From assembly GCA_016779935.1 (NCBI GenBank), contig JADHMQ010000008.1, positions 2,672-66,671 of the forward strand: a DNA stretch of 64,000 nucleotides. The letters are read 5' to 3'. The translations under genes were made by a program, and so were the position numbers. This document shows positions 51,901-60,920 of the stretch, in pieces; within the stretch, counting starts at the first letter, position 1; the number at the start of each line of letters is the position of its first letter. The notes under the pieces were generated by a model. It saw only the letters and a program-made list of their open reading frames with translations. It did not search any database and had not been told where the DNA came from. Origin of the DNA: Flavobacteriales bacterium (GTDB taxonomy: Bacteria; Bacteroidota; Bacteroidia; Flavobacteriales; UBA7312).

Positions 51901-53072
51901 ATTAGGTAGTTATAGATATGTTGTCCATTTTCAGGGTTTCCTTGATTTGTAAAGTCATTGTTATAATATACAAAACGAGACATGATGGCTTGTTCGCCTG
52001 GCTCATCAATGATACTATCACGGTCGTTATCTATCCCGTCATCAGCATCAGCTAAAGGTCCTTGGAAGAAGTCTACACCAATAGCTGGAGGTGTTGCACC
52101 ATATCCAGTTGCACCTTCATCCACATCATCACCATTGTAACAATATCCAAAACCACGTGCTACATCACAACCAACATAATCGTCATCATATTTGCCTAAA
52201 TCCGGATCAACCCATTGTCCGAAATAAGCATCTTTAAGTTGAATAGTTGCTCTGTTAATGATTTTGTAGTTGTAGAAAGTCATATTATTGATTTCATCAT
52301 TAGTGGCAAAGGCAAACGCTTGAGCACGAATTTCTAAACCAATAGGGTCAGCACCAGTTTCTGAGTGAATATTTCCTTTATCGTTAAATAGCCAATATAA
52401 AGTTTGGTCACCATATATTAGGTCGTCACTGTTACAATCTAGATTACCTTCAATGTCATATTTTGGGTAGTCACCATCGCTAGGGTTATACTCGCCATCA
52501 TCGTTAGCATCAAAATATGGTGCTAAGAACTGATAGTCGCCATCAACACCATTTCCAGGCCAGTTAAGGATAGACAATGGAATAGAATAATCAGGATAGG
52601 CATCATTATCACTAAACCACGCAATGAATTCATCTACTTCTTGTCTGGTTATAGCAAAATGCTTGTCGTATTCATCACACGTTTCAGCATCTATTTCACC
52701 AGAAGGATCAAGAGGTCCAGTCCAAAAGTCATTACCAGTCTGACGATAAGTCATTGCAGCTGCTTTTAACTGCTCACCAGCATCAATACCAGCTATCCAA
52801 AGTGCACCAGCAAACATGGAATGTTTATTACTATTTTTAGGAATCTCATATCTAGCGTCACTTAAGTTCCACCACATATCGGCTGCTCCCATAATGGTTG
52901 TACGAACATTATTTATGTTCAGGTCTGTCTTCGCTTGAGAGGGGGTGCAATCAGCAGCAACTCTAGCTAAGCTAGACTGTGAAGTTGAAGTAGACGTGTT
53001 TCCTACATTTTCTTTTGCAAGTAATGTTAGTGAAGATATACCTGCTAAAACTATTAATACTATTTTATTCAT
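48951..53072 (-). CDS. Large acidic secreted protein with T9SS-type C-terminal Ig-like sorting domain
   Basis: Signal peptide; LNINNVR..FAGALWIAG; DxDxG..DDYVG; Ca-loop-like DANDDGEYNPSDGD and DGIDNDRDSIIDE; FN3-like PDAP..FQGYQLYQ..LVNNQTYYF; CTD INVVPNPY..TNLP..ISIYSLDGSLVK..WDLKN....ISSGAYII.V. Confidence 0.78.
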   Translation of the reverse strand: MNKIVLIVLAGISSLTLLAKENVGNTSTSTSQSSLARVAADCTPSQAKTDLNINNVRTTIMGAADMWWNLSDARYEIPKNSNKHSMFAGALWIAGIDAGEQLKAAAMTYRQTGNDFWTGPLDPSGEIDAETCDEYDKHFAITRQEVDEFIAWFSDNDAYPDYSIPLSILNWPGNGVDGDYQFLAPYFDANDDGEYNPSDGDYPKYDIEGNLDCNSDDLIYGDQTLYWLFNDKGNIHSETGADPIGLEIRAQAFAFATNDEINNMTFYNYKIINRATIQLKDAYFGQWVDPDLGKYDDDYVGCDVARGFGYCYNGDDVDEGATGYGATPPAIGVDFFQGPLADADDGIDNDRDSIIDEPGEQAIMSRFVYYNNDFTNQGNPENGQHIYNYLIGKWKNGLEITYGGDGVNGSTPAKFMFPGDTDPYGWGTDGLITSDSWDDPDGWTEKTEGNTPADRRFVQSAGPFTLEPGAVNRITTGVVWARATSGDNLASVELIRLADDKAQALFDNCFKVLNGPDAPDIEIVELDRELVLNLSNGPTSNNFLESYIELDPLIISPPGESWDPYYRFQGYQLYQLSAASVSVTDLDNPDLARLVFQSDIKDSVENLINYNFDVSIGANVPTLEVSGSDLGITNSIHITEDQFATGNKDLVNNQTYYFMGVAYGYNNYKEYDPTNPAFLDGQQRPYKAGRKNIKVYSAIPHKPFTSVMNAEVGDGIEVTKIYGAGNGGFELQLTEETENEIMSSSSNATNEPTYQANFGPVDLKVIDPRYLTQSDFALKMYGEVYNASLSDPRHIVLDEAKSKWELVNLTTSESFVADANISSGNQQLFSNLGFSVEIEQKNPADWDYQSNSASYEENNGLISSSIEFANEYNPWLTGVRDVDEEDGETSLTNTYLWGRNWIHAGSYSTAATNVFNDIEGDPDGVFEDVVNGTWAPYRLVSYYKDGPGYDNTSVFTDNHPIAQTGNRLRSLQSVKVVYTSDKSKWSRCVVLESQDDPLYSEGGVAKLDLRAAESVDKEGAPDGTGTGMGWFPGYAINKETGERLNIMFAEDSWLSSDNGNDMKWNPSSRVQTQVPTWANGSYFLGGKHFVYVHSSKYDECEAAKTALTTNVNTKRQFFQEMMWVSVPLLNEGYELLSSDVSINIDVAREYREMNDVDETVNTDNITITTSATQLKDYLSNYDQLYAYEITSISASDSVKVNNEWRAVNSLGDIYYVDEVSGGTQSNPVTMSVSYKKVNYPNYRFSTAGIAPTILTEESQVDSVMDLINVVPNPYYAYSTYEGVENGGQLDSRVRLTNLPAECIISIYSLDGSLVKKLTKDSEGSATIDWDLKNQKGIPISSGAYIINVSVPSLGKEKNLKWFGVLRPIDLDTF

Positions 53073-53089
53073 GTCTATTATTTTTTAGA

Positions 53090-56000
53090 CTAAAAGTTAA
53101 TTTCTATTCCCAATCTTGCCAATCTCGGTAAGCTGTAATTAGAAGGGTTATCAATTTTAATTCTGTACATGTCAATAAAGGATTGAGGGTCGTTCTGCCC
53201 CTGAATATCTGTTTGTGCAGATGCATCAGATAAGTAACCATCATCATCTGGATTACCTGTTGCACGATACACAGATCTTATGTTTTTAGTGTTTAGCAAG
53301 TTTTGAACTTGTAAATAAACATTAAAGCCTAAAGTTCTTTTATTGTCTAACTGACCAACATCCATGGTAAATCGTTTATTGATTTTAGTATTAATTCGAA
53401 CAGTCCATGGTAATCTTGAGCCATTAAGGCTTCCTTCTAATGTTGAACGATCGTTAATTCCAAAAGCACCTTCTTGTGTAATGTTCGACTGTCTAGAGTA
53501 TGGTGTACCAGAACCTGCAATGACTACAAAGTTAGCTCCAGCGTTTGCAAATATTTGTTTCTTAAACAATACGGGTCCTGTATAATCTTTCCCGCTTCCA
53601 TATCTATAGTCCATACTTACGTTGAAGGCATGTCTCTGATCATAACTCAAAGGAATTGTTGTTCTTAAGTTAGGTTGTCCTGTATTTACTAAACTTAATC
53701 CAGATGAAGAGGATGAACCTGTACCGTCAGCGAATTGCAAGGTATAGTTGGCTGATAAAGTAACGTTTCCACTTCTTCTCATATCATAAGTAGCAGACAT
53801 CCCTTTAACAGTTCCAAAGTCAATATTACCATAAGTAAGGTAAGAAACAGGGTATGAATAGTTTGTTTTCACAATCTGAATCATATCTCTTAACTCTCTA
53901 TAAAACGCTGATAGTGTTAGAGAGGATTTTAAGTTAAGCGTTTGAGCAAAACCCAATTCAAAATCCACTGTTTTTTCAGCTTTTAGGTTTGGATTATTAA
54001 TAAGTGCACCCACCCTATCTTCAATATATAGATAGTCAATAGGCTCTAATCGGTTTCCTGATGGTGGTCTTTGAGTAACTACATCGTAGTGAGCAAAGAA
54101 TTGCGCTTCATCCGAAATTGGGAACGAAAACGAAATACGTGGTGAAAAAACAGTCTCAGGATCATAATCAGAGAATACTGGAATACTGTCTTCTGGATTC
54201 ACTAAATATGGCGTAATCTGACCAGTTGTTGTGGATTGTGCGATAGATTTTGGGTCAACGATTAATTCTCCATTTTGGTCAAACCACTCTTCACCGTTTC
54301 TATAACCAACTACTTCAGTAGGGTTTTCCAAATCATTTACATACACGACATAATCATCACCAATGCTTGATGGTTTAACGTAATCGCCATTCGTAAGTAA
54401 ATCGGCACTCGAACCTGCAGTATACGTTTGATATAAACTGTATGGATCAGATAAAACAGATTGGTTAGCGTCAAAACGATCAACTCGAACACCAACATTA
54501 AATATCAAATCATCAAAGGCAAACTTATCTTGTATATAACCCGCAGTGTAAATAGGTTCAAAAGCTCCAATATTTCTAACAAAGTCATCTTCAACACCAT
54601 CGCCATCTCTATCTACTCTTTCATAGAAAAAGTCTTCAATGGATGAGGATGAAGTCAATAAATCTCCTTTATAGTCATATCCATAATATCCAACTAAACC
54701 GTTTTCATTTAGTTCATCGGCACTAAACATGTCAATTGATAGAGCATCAGGGTCAAATGAATCAATATCAATGTATTCGATTTCTCCTATATTGAATTTC
54801 TCTCTCAAACTCCAGTCAAATCTACTTTGAGCTTCTTTATTATTCAACCTATCATAGTATATAGTATCGAATGTTCCATTCTCTATAATGTATGGGTTTG
54901 CTAAATCTAACTCTTGAATGTGGAAGTTTGCTAACTGACGGCCTAAGGTCCACAATCCATTAGGGTTAGTAAACCAACTTCTATCCGTTCTTTTTTCATA
55001 TTCAAATCCAAACTGAATAGCATGGTCTTTTATATCAGCTGAACCTGTGGCTTTCATAGAGAACTGCTCTAGTTGTTGTTTACCGTAAGAACTATACTGG
55101 TCTCCGTAGTTATAAAATAAAGAGTACACACTTCTTGGGCCATCACCATTAAGGAGTCCCAGTTCTCCTAAATCGTTAAATGTCCTAATAATACCTCTTT
55201 GTCCACTACCACCAAAGGATAAACTCTGTAGTTCGTTTTCTTCAAAAAGGTCATAATATTGCTGAGTATAAGCCGCTAAATCAAGATTAGATGTATTAGA
55301 ACCGTCAAAGGTTAATAATGTATCAATAAAGGCTCCATGAATAAAACCTGATCTTCCCGAAGCTGTATCTTCACCAAAGTAATAGAACTTGTCTTTATAG
55401 GAGTTAAATTTACCTATATGTCCATATCTAAATAAATTATCTCCGTGGTTTCTGTTTCTTCTTTCAAAATCATTTTTAGTATAATCTGCAGAAATAGAAT
55501 AGAATGCATTTTTAATTGTAGAAGCCGACTCTTCATCTCCTTCTTGAGAACCAAACCGCTGAGTAAAACGGGTATATACTCTCCAAGTATTAGTTTCTTC
55601 CTCTGGGTTATTATCCCAATTTAATAAAGAGTAATTATAAATGAATGGGTTATTAACAGTATGGTTAACTGCACCACCAATAGATAAGTTAGTTTTTAAG
55701 GTTGGCTTAAAGTCAATTTTACCTGAAAGACTGAATCCACTGTTGTTCGTGTTTTGTTTAGCTTGAAGGTTTTCGAAATCGTCAGCCCTCAAAAAGGTAG
55801 CATTACTTAATAAACCAACTGTAGAGCTTTGTTGATTAGGTACTGCTACAAATAAGTTGTCTTTTAATCTTTGGAAACTGTCGTCTTTAATTTTCCAAAT
55901 ACCTACTGCTGATGGACTGCCATCATCAATGTTTCGACCTTCACCAGCAAGGAAATACCCTAAGATTGCTCGTCCTTTAGAACCATCCTCTTTGATTTCC

Positions 56001-56773
56001 TTATATATAGGACCTGAAAGGCTGAATCCAACAAGACCGTAATTATAATCATCGAATAAATGAGAACTTACTATCTCGGCACCTCCAAATAATTGATTTG
56101 ATGGCCCTTTAGATGTTACACTAATAATACCTCCAGTTGCGTCACCATACATTGCAGATAATCCACTTGACATAACTGTAATTTGCTCAATAGCACTTTG
56201 TGGCAAGGCTAAACTTCCTCTTACCTTAATACCATCTACATAATAATCGGTAGCTTCAGATCTAGAACCTCTTACGTTAAGACTAGAACCTTCATCGCTT
56301 TGATAAACACCGGCGGCAGTTGCAGCTACAGATGCTACACTACGAGTTGGCATAGCTTTTATTTCTTCACTAGTCACTGTTTTACCTCCTAGATTATCAG
56401 GGTCAAGTAGAGGCTTTTCATCTTTAATAACAACCTCTTCAATATCAATACCTTCAGAAATTTTAACATCTCTAAATGTAATTTTGTTAGAAGAAACAAC
56501 AATACCTTCTAGACTAACCTGACCGTAACCTACAAAAGATACTGAAATATCATATGTACCAGGATCAAGAGGCTTAATGGTGTAGTTTCCATCAAAATCA
56601 GATGTGACCCCCGCAATTTGGTTACCATTTCTTTTGGCAACAACGTTTGCAAAAGGAACTGGCTCTCCTGTATTTTTATCTGTGATTTTTCCCTCTAAGG
56701 AGCCCGACTGGGCGAAAACTGTGGTAGCTGTGAAAATAAAGCCCACTACAAGCAAGTAAAAATTTTTGAACAT
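53090..56773 (-). CDS. Very large TonB-dependent receptor with N-terminal carboxypeptidase-regulatory-like domain
   Basis: GSLEGKITDKNTGEPVPFANV; plug LNVRGSR..TDYYVDG..IEQITV..GLSAMYGDATGGII.VTSK; YIQDK, SPRISFSFPIS, NPNLKAEKT, VQNLLN; ends RLARLGIEINF. Confidence 0.9.
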   Translation of the reverse strand: MFKNFYLLVVGFIFTATTVFAQSGSLEGKITDKNTGEPVPFANVVAKRNGNQIAGVTSDFDGNYTIKPLDPGTYDISVSFVGYGQVSLEGIVVSSNKITFRDVKISEGIDIEEVVIKDEKPLLDPDNLGGKTVTSEEIKAMPTRSVASVAATAAGVYQSDEGSSLNVRGSRSEATDYYVDGIKVRGSLALPQSAIEQITVMSSGLSAMYGDATGGIISVTSKGPSNQLFGGAEIVSSHLFDDYNYGLVGFSLSGPIYKEIKEDGSKGRAILGYFLAGEGRNIDDGSPSAVGIWKIKDDSFQRLKDNLFVAVPNQQSSTVGLLSNATFLRADDFENLQAKQNTNNSGFSLSGKIDFKPTLKTNLSIGGAVNHTVNNPFIYNYSLLNWDNNPEEETNTWRVYTRFTQRFGSQEGDEESASTIKNAFYSISADYTKNDFERRNRNHGDNLFRYGHIGKFNSYKDKFYYFGEDTASGRSGFIHGAFIDTLLTFDGSNTSNLDLAAYTQQYYDLFEENELQSLSFGGSGQRGIIRTFNDLGELGLLNGDGPRSVYSLFYNYGDQYSSYGKQQLEQFSMKATGSADIKDHAIQFGFEYEKRTDRSWFTNPNGLWTLGRQLANFHIQELDLANPYIIENGTFDTIYYDRLNNKEAQSRFDWSLREKFNIGEIEYIDIDSFDPDALSIDMFSADELNENGLVGYYGYDYKGDLLTSSSSIEDFFYERVDRDGDGVEDDFVRNIGAFEPIYTAGYIQDKFAFDDLIFNVGVRVDRFDANQSVLSDPYSLYQTYTAGSSADLLTNGDYVKPSSIGDDYVVYVNDLENPTEVVGYRNGEEWFDQNGELIVDPKSIAQSTTTGQITPYLVNPEDSIPVFSDYDPETVFSPRISFSFPISDEAQFFAHYDVVTQRPPSGNRLEPIDYLYIEDRVGALINNPNLKAEKTVDFELGFAQTLNLKSSLTLSAFYRELRDMIQIVKTNYSYPVSYLTYGNIDFGTVKGMSATYDMRRSGNVTLSANYTLQFADGTGSSSSSGLSLVNTGQPNLRTTIPLSYDQRHAFNVSMDYRYGSGKDYTGPVLFKKQIFANAGANFVVIAGSGTPYSRQSNITQEGAFGINDRSTLEGSLNGSRLPWTVRINTKINKRFTMDVGQLDNKRTLGFNVYLQVQNLLNTKNIRSVYRATGNPDDDGYLSDASAQTDIQGQNDPQSFIDMYRIKIDNPSNYSLPRLARLGIEINF

Positions 56774-56900
56774 AGTTTTATAAAATTCTATTCATATTCT
56801 GCTTTATGATAAAGTTCGTAAATATAGACATTAAATAAAAATTAACTAATAGATTAGAGGAAAAAATTGTAATCTTACACTATCAAAATTAAACCCTATC

Positions 56901-57311
56901 ATGAATAAATTCTATCATATTCTTATATTCTTTTTTATTCTTATTTCTTGCACTAAAGATGAGAATACTATTCCTGAAGTATATGTTAACTTTAGAATTC
57001 AAGCCTCTGAAATTGGAGGTGTAGGTAGTGCTATTTACACCAACGATAATTATGGCGTTAGAGGTATCATTATATATCACAAAAATAGCAACGAGTATGT
57101 TGCTTACGAAAGAACGTGTAGTTACCGACCTTCCAACAGTTGTGAAGTAGTTGAGTTCAACGATGACCTTAATCCTGTGTATTTGGTGGACAGCTGCTGC
57201 ACTTCACGTTTTTTACTAGATGATGGAACACCTTTCAGTGGACCCGCCCTTCTTCCGTTAAAACAATACTTCACCTCATTTGACGGTAATTATATAACGG
57301 TCTCAAACTAA
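56901..57311 (+). CDS. Small lipoprotein with Rieske-like fold motifs
   Basis: Lipobox ILIS-C-TKDE; GVRGIIIY..YVAYERTCSY..C..DSCCTSRF...DG....GPA..PLKQY. Confidence 0.65.
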   Translation: MNKFYHILIFFFILISCTKDENTIPEVYVNFRIQASEIGGVGSAIYTNDNYGVRGIIIYHKNSNEYVAYERTCSYRPSNSCEVVEFNDDLNPVYLVDSCCTSRFLLDDGTPFSGPALLPLKQYFTSFDGNYITVSN

Positions 57312-57368
57312 AGTAGGCTTCACTTATTAAAAAGCAAAGCCTACATAAATAAATATATTTAAGTATGG

Positions 57369-58682
57369 TTAGTACCTGTAATAGTCAGGTTTGTAAGGAC
57401 CGTCCTGTGGCACTCCAATATAATCTGCTTGTTCTTTATTTAACTCGTCAAGCTCCACGCCGATTTTCGCTAAATGTAAACGCGCTACTTTTTCATCAAG
57501 ATGCTTTGGAAGTGTGTAAACTTTTTTCTCATAGTTCTCGATGTTACTCCACAATTCCATCTGTGCTATAACTTGGTTTGTAAAGGAAGCTGACATTACA
57601 AATGATGGATGACCAGTAGCACATCCAAGATTGATTAATCTTCCTTCAGCTAACAAAATAATATCGTGATCGCCAACAGTGTATTTATCTACTTGAGGCT
57701 TAATAGTATCTTTTGAACTTCCCCAATTATCATTTAACCAAGCTACATCTATTTCATTGTCAAAATGACCGATATTACATACAATCGCTTTATCTTTCAT
57801 CATTTCGAAATGCTCTCCATGAATGATATCTTTGTTTCCTGTAGCAGTAACAACAATATCAGCCTCAGGAATTGCGTCTTTCATCTTTTTCACTTCAAAA
57901 CCTTCCATCGCTGCTTGCAAGGCACATATTGGGTCAATTTCAGTTACAATTACTCTGGCTCCTGCACCTCTTAGAGATTCTGCAGAACCTTTACCAACAT
58001 CACCAAAGCCAGCAACTACAGCCACTTTCCCAGCAATCATTACGTCAGTAGCTCGTCTTATACCATCAACTAAAGATTCTCTACAGCCATATTTATTGTC
58101 AAATTTTGACTTGGTTACTGAATCATTAATGTTTATTGCAGGAGTGTATAATGTTCCATTTCTTTCTCTGTCAAATAAACGAAGTACACCAGTAGTAGTT
58201 TCTTCAGAAAGTCCGTTGATACCGGCAGCCAACTCAGGGTATCTATCGAACACCATATTAGTAAGGTCACCACCATCGTCTAGTATCATATTTAATGGCT
58301 TATCTCCTTCAAAAGCAAATAGCGTTTGCTCAATACACCAGTCAAATTCTTCTTCGTTCATGCCTTTCCAAGCATAAACTGGAACACCAGTTGCCGCTAT
58401 TGCAGATGCAGCATGGTCTTGAGTTGAAAATATATTACATGATGACCAGCTTACCTCAGCACCTAATTCCGTTAGCGTTTCAATAAGAACAGCTGTTTGA
58501 ATAGTCATATGCAAACAACCCGCAATACGAGCACCTTTAAGTGGTTTTTCTTTACCAAACTCTTCTCTTAAAGACATTAGACCAGGCATTTCTGCTTGTG
58601 CTAATTCAATTTCTTTTCTTCCCCATTCAGCTAGGGAAATATCTTTCACTTTATAAGGATATTTTTTCACTTTAGAATCCAT
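57369..58682 (-). CDS. ahcY: Adenosylhomocysteinase
   Basis: [72 protein letters not shown]. Confidence 0.97.
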   Translation of the reverse strand: MDSKVKKYPYKVKDISLAEWGRKEIELAQAEMPGLMSLREEFGKEKPLKGARIAGCLHMTIQTAVLIETLTELGAEVSWSSCNIFSTQDHAASAIAATGVPVYAWKGMNEEEFDWCIEQTLFAFEGDKPLNMILDDGGDLTNMVFDRYPELAAGINGLSEETTTGVLRLFDRERNGTLYTPAININDSVTKSKFDNKYGCRESLVDGIRRATDVMIAGKVAVVAGFGDVGKGSAESLRGAGARVIVTEIDPICALQAAMEGFEVKKMKDAIPEADIVVTATGNKDIIHGEHFEMMKDKAIVCNIGHFDNEIDVAWLNDNWGSSKDTIKPQVDKYTVGDHDIILLAEGRLINLGCATGHPSFVMSASFTNQVIAQMELWSNIENYEKKVYTLPKHLDEKVARLHLAKIGVELDELNKEQADYIGVPQDGPYKPDYYRY

Positions 58683-58700
58683 TTTTTAAAATTTAGGGTA

Positions 58701-58708
58701 CAAAAATA
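58701..58708 (-). promoter_or_regulatory. -7 promoter element for ahcY
   Basis: TATTTTTG on minus strand, 18 nt upstream of ATG. Confidence 0.55.
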
Positions 58709-58746
58709 CAAAATAAACTCCTCATTTTGGAGTAACTTGCCACTCA

Positions 58747-59286
58747 ATGGACGATTTTTTAGTTAATAGAAAAACCAACGATTATCAACTTGTAATTGCT
58801 GCAATTGATACCCTTTCTCCAAGCGGTATTTCAAAAAGGGAAAAGGAAGTATTTGCTTCAAGAAAAATCATCAGTATTCTCTTTCCATATTATCAATTGA
58901 GTCACGATAAATTTGGCGCTCCATTACTTTCAAACGGAAAAGCCATATCAATTTCTCACTCAAAGAATTTTATTGCAGTGATTATTTCAAACAAGTCTGC
59001 ATCTATTGATATGGAACACATAAACGAAAAAGCACTTAAAGTAGCACCAAAATTTCTTAATAAACAAGAACTTAGCAAAGTAAATGATTCTGAAAAAGCT
59101 ACTTTATTTTGGTCAGCAAAAGAATGCCTTTATAAGATTCACAAAGAAAGGGGGGTAACTTTTTCAACTGACTTGAGCATCGAATTCATTAAAGAAAGTA
59201 AAATTGAATGTTATATATTTAACCAGAAATTTACTCTAACTTATGAAAAATTCGAAAACCATTGGTTAGTGTATTATTTTGATTAA
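58747..59286 (+). CDS. 4'-phosphopantetheinyl transferase (Sfp/EntD-like)
   Basis: GAP.L..G..ISISHS, IDME, WSAKECLYK. Confidence 0.82.
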   Translation: MDDFLVNRKTNDYQLVIAAIDTLSPSGISKREKEVFASRKIISILFPYYQLSHDKFGAPLLSNGKAISISHSKNFIAVIISNKSASIDMEHINEKALKVAPKFLNKQELSKVNDSEKATLFWSAKECLYKIHKERGVTFSTDLSIEFIKESKIECYIFNQKFTLTYEKFENHWLVYYFD

Positions 59287-59300
59287 CTACATTTGCATTT

Positions 59301-60068
59301 ATGAAAATTTACGATTTCATATCATCAAACAAAGCAAAGGGCAAAAAACTATTTGCCGTTCTAATTGACCCAGACAAACAAAATCAAAATGAATTATCTG
59401 AGTTGGTTGATAGAGCAGTAAAAGCAAAAGTTGATTTATTTTTTATCGGCGGAAGCTTACTTACAAGTGATAGTATGAACGATTCTATCAGAACTATCAA
59501 ATCGAATTGTAATATACCAGTTGTTATTTTCCCTGGCAACACAATGCAGGTAAATGAAAATGCTGATGGCATTTTGTTTTTATCCTTAATTTCTGGTAGA
59601 AATGCCGACATGTTAATTGGCAAGCAAGTCATTACTGCCCCTATATTAAAAGCATCAAAATTGGAGGTCCTACCAACAGGCTATATGCTAATTGATAGTG
59701 GCAATCCAACAACTGTTTCATACATGAGTAATACTACCCCTATCCCACATGAAAAAAATGATGTGGCAGCATGCACTGCTATGGCTGGTGAACTTTTAGG
59801 TTTAAAGCTAATCTTCATGGATGGTGGTAGCGGGGCAACAAAGCCCATTTCTGAATCTATGATTAAAATGGTCAGACAATCTGTCAATACTCCAATAATC
59901 ATTGGAGGCGGCATTTGTAATGCTGAAAAGGCTATAGCTAATTGCAAAGCAGGTGCAGACTTAATTGTAGTAGGGAACAGCATTGAAAAACAACCACATA
60001 TTCTGGAAGAAATAGCACAATCTATTTATGAATTTAATTCTTCAGTGAAGAATGAAGTCCTCGGTTGA
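59301..60068 (+). CDS. Geranylgeranylglyceryl phosphate synthase family protein (group II, PcrB/GGGPS)
   Basis: LIDPDK, FIGGS, PVVIFPG, LSLISGRN..LIG.Q, PTGYMLI, MDGGSGA, IIGGGI, AGAD.IVVGN. Confidence 0.9.
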   Translation: MKIYDFISSNKAKGKKLFAVLIDPDKQNQNELSELVDRAVKAKVDLFFIGGSLLTSDSMNDSIRTIKSNCNIPVVIFPGNTMQVNENADGILFLSLISGRNADMLIGKQVITAPILKASKLEVLPTGYMLIDSGNPTTVSYMSNTTPIPHEKNDVAACTAMAGELLGLKLIFMDGGSGATKPISESMIKMVRQSVNTPIIIGGGICNAEKAIANCKAGADLIVVGNSIEKQPHILEEIAQSIYEFNSSVKNEVLG

Positions 60069-60312
60069 AATAAGCATGTATCCTTTGGATAGAAACTACG
60101 AAACTTCAATTATCCAATTCATTAAAAAACTACGTACTTACCCATTTATTATTATTGAAACTAATGGGATGAGTACTCAAATCTTTGGAGAGTATGATAA
60201 TGTTATGCATGCTGTAAATACAGAGATGAAAAGTAGCTTTCTGAACAATGAAAAAGTGGTGTTTACATTAAAAGTAGTTAACTCCGACTTGAAAGAAAAA
60301 CCATCCTTTTAG
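60052..60312 (+). CDS. YkoF/thiamine-binding-domain protein
   Basis: SVEISMYPL....I..FI..L.....ETNGMSTQIFGEYD.VM, typical of the Thiamine_BP/YkoF fold. Confidence 0.75.
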   Translation: MKSSVEISMYPLDRNYETSIIQFIKKLRTYPFIIIETNGMSTQIFGEYDNVMHAVNTEMKSSFLNNEKVVFTLKVVNSDLKEKPSF

Positions 60313-60818
60313 TGATGAAAAAAATTGTCATCATTGGTCCAGAATGCACCGGAAAAAGCACCCTAACTAAAGCACTTGCCAATCATTTCAATACAGCATA
60401 TGTAAGGGAGTATGCTAGAGAATATATTGATAACCTAAACGGTAATTATAAAGAAGATGACATCCTCACTATTGCACAAAAACAAATTGAACTAGAGGAC
60501 AATGCAATAGCCAACAACAAATACCTTTTTTTAGACACCGACCTTATCGTTTGTAAGGTCTGGAGTGAGTTTAAGTATGGACAATGCAACCCGTGGATTC
60601 TTAAACAAATAGAAAAGCGTCATTACGATTACTATCTACTTTGCGATATTGATATCCCTTGGATTAATGACGGACAAAGAGAGCATCCTAACCATAGACA
60701 AGAGCTTTTTGACACATACAATATAGAACTTACAGAATTAAATAAATCTTTTACAGTAATTAGCGGTGAAAATCGTCTTCAAGATTCTATAGATTTTTTA
60801 CAATCATTGGATATATAA
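60312..60818 (+). CDS. NadR-like P-loop kinase (AAA_28)
   Basis: IVIIGPECTGKSTL, EYAREY, FLDTD, YDYYLL...DIPW..DGQRE; lacks NadR HTH and adenylyltransferase domains. Confidence 0.85.
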   Translation: MMKKIVIIGPECTGKSTLTKALANHFNTAYVREYAREYIDNLNGNYKEDDILTIAQKQIELEDNAIANNKYLFLDTDLIVCKVWSEFKYGQCNPWILKQIEKRHYDYYLLCDIDIPWINDGQREHPNHRQELFDTYNIELTELNKSFTVISGENRLQDSIDFLQSLDI

Positions 60819-60833
60819 TTTACAAAAGAGTAG

Positions 60834-60841
60834 TACATTTG
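60834..60841 (+). promoter_or_regulatory. -7 promoter element for the TPP-riboswitch transcript
   Basis: TACATTTG immediately upstream of the aptamer. Confidence 0.65.
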
Positions 60842-60846
60842 CCTCG

Positions 60847-60920
60847 TCTTTACGGGGTGCCTACTAAGGCTGAGATTATACCCATCGAACCTGCCAAGGT
60901 AATTCTTGGAAGGGAAGGGA
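60847..60920 (+). ncRNA. TPP (THI-box) riboswitch aptamer
   Basis: GGGGTGCC-TACTA-AGGCTGAGATTATACCC-ATC-GAACCTG-CCAAGGTAATTCTTGG-AAGGGAAGGGA: conserved GGGG/CCC P2, CTGAGA, ACCTG, TAAT loop, AGGGA. Confidence 0.9.

Noticed and set aside
57313-57344. GTAGGCTT..AAGCCTAC inverted repeat between convergent genes
   Set aside because: 8-bp stem with a 16-nt loop and poor U tracts; possible but unsupported terminator
57823-58377. 184-aa ORF antisense to ahcY
   Set aside because: Typical antisense open frame of a conserved gene with biased codons; no independent motifs
58683-58746. SAH or SAM riboswitch upstream of ahcY
   Set aside because: Only 64 nt, occupied by two divergent promoter elements; no aptamer motifs
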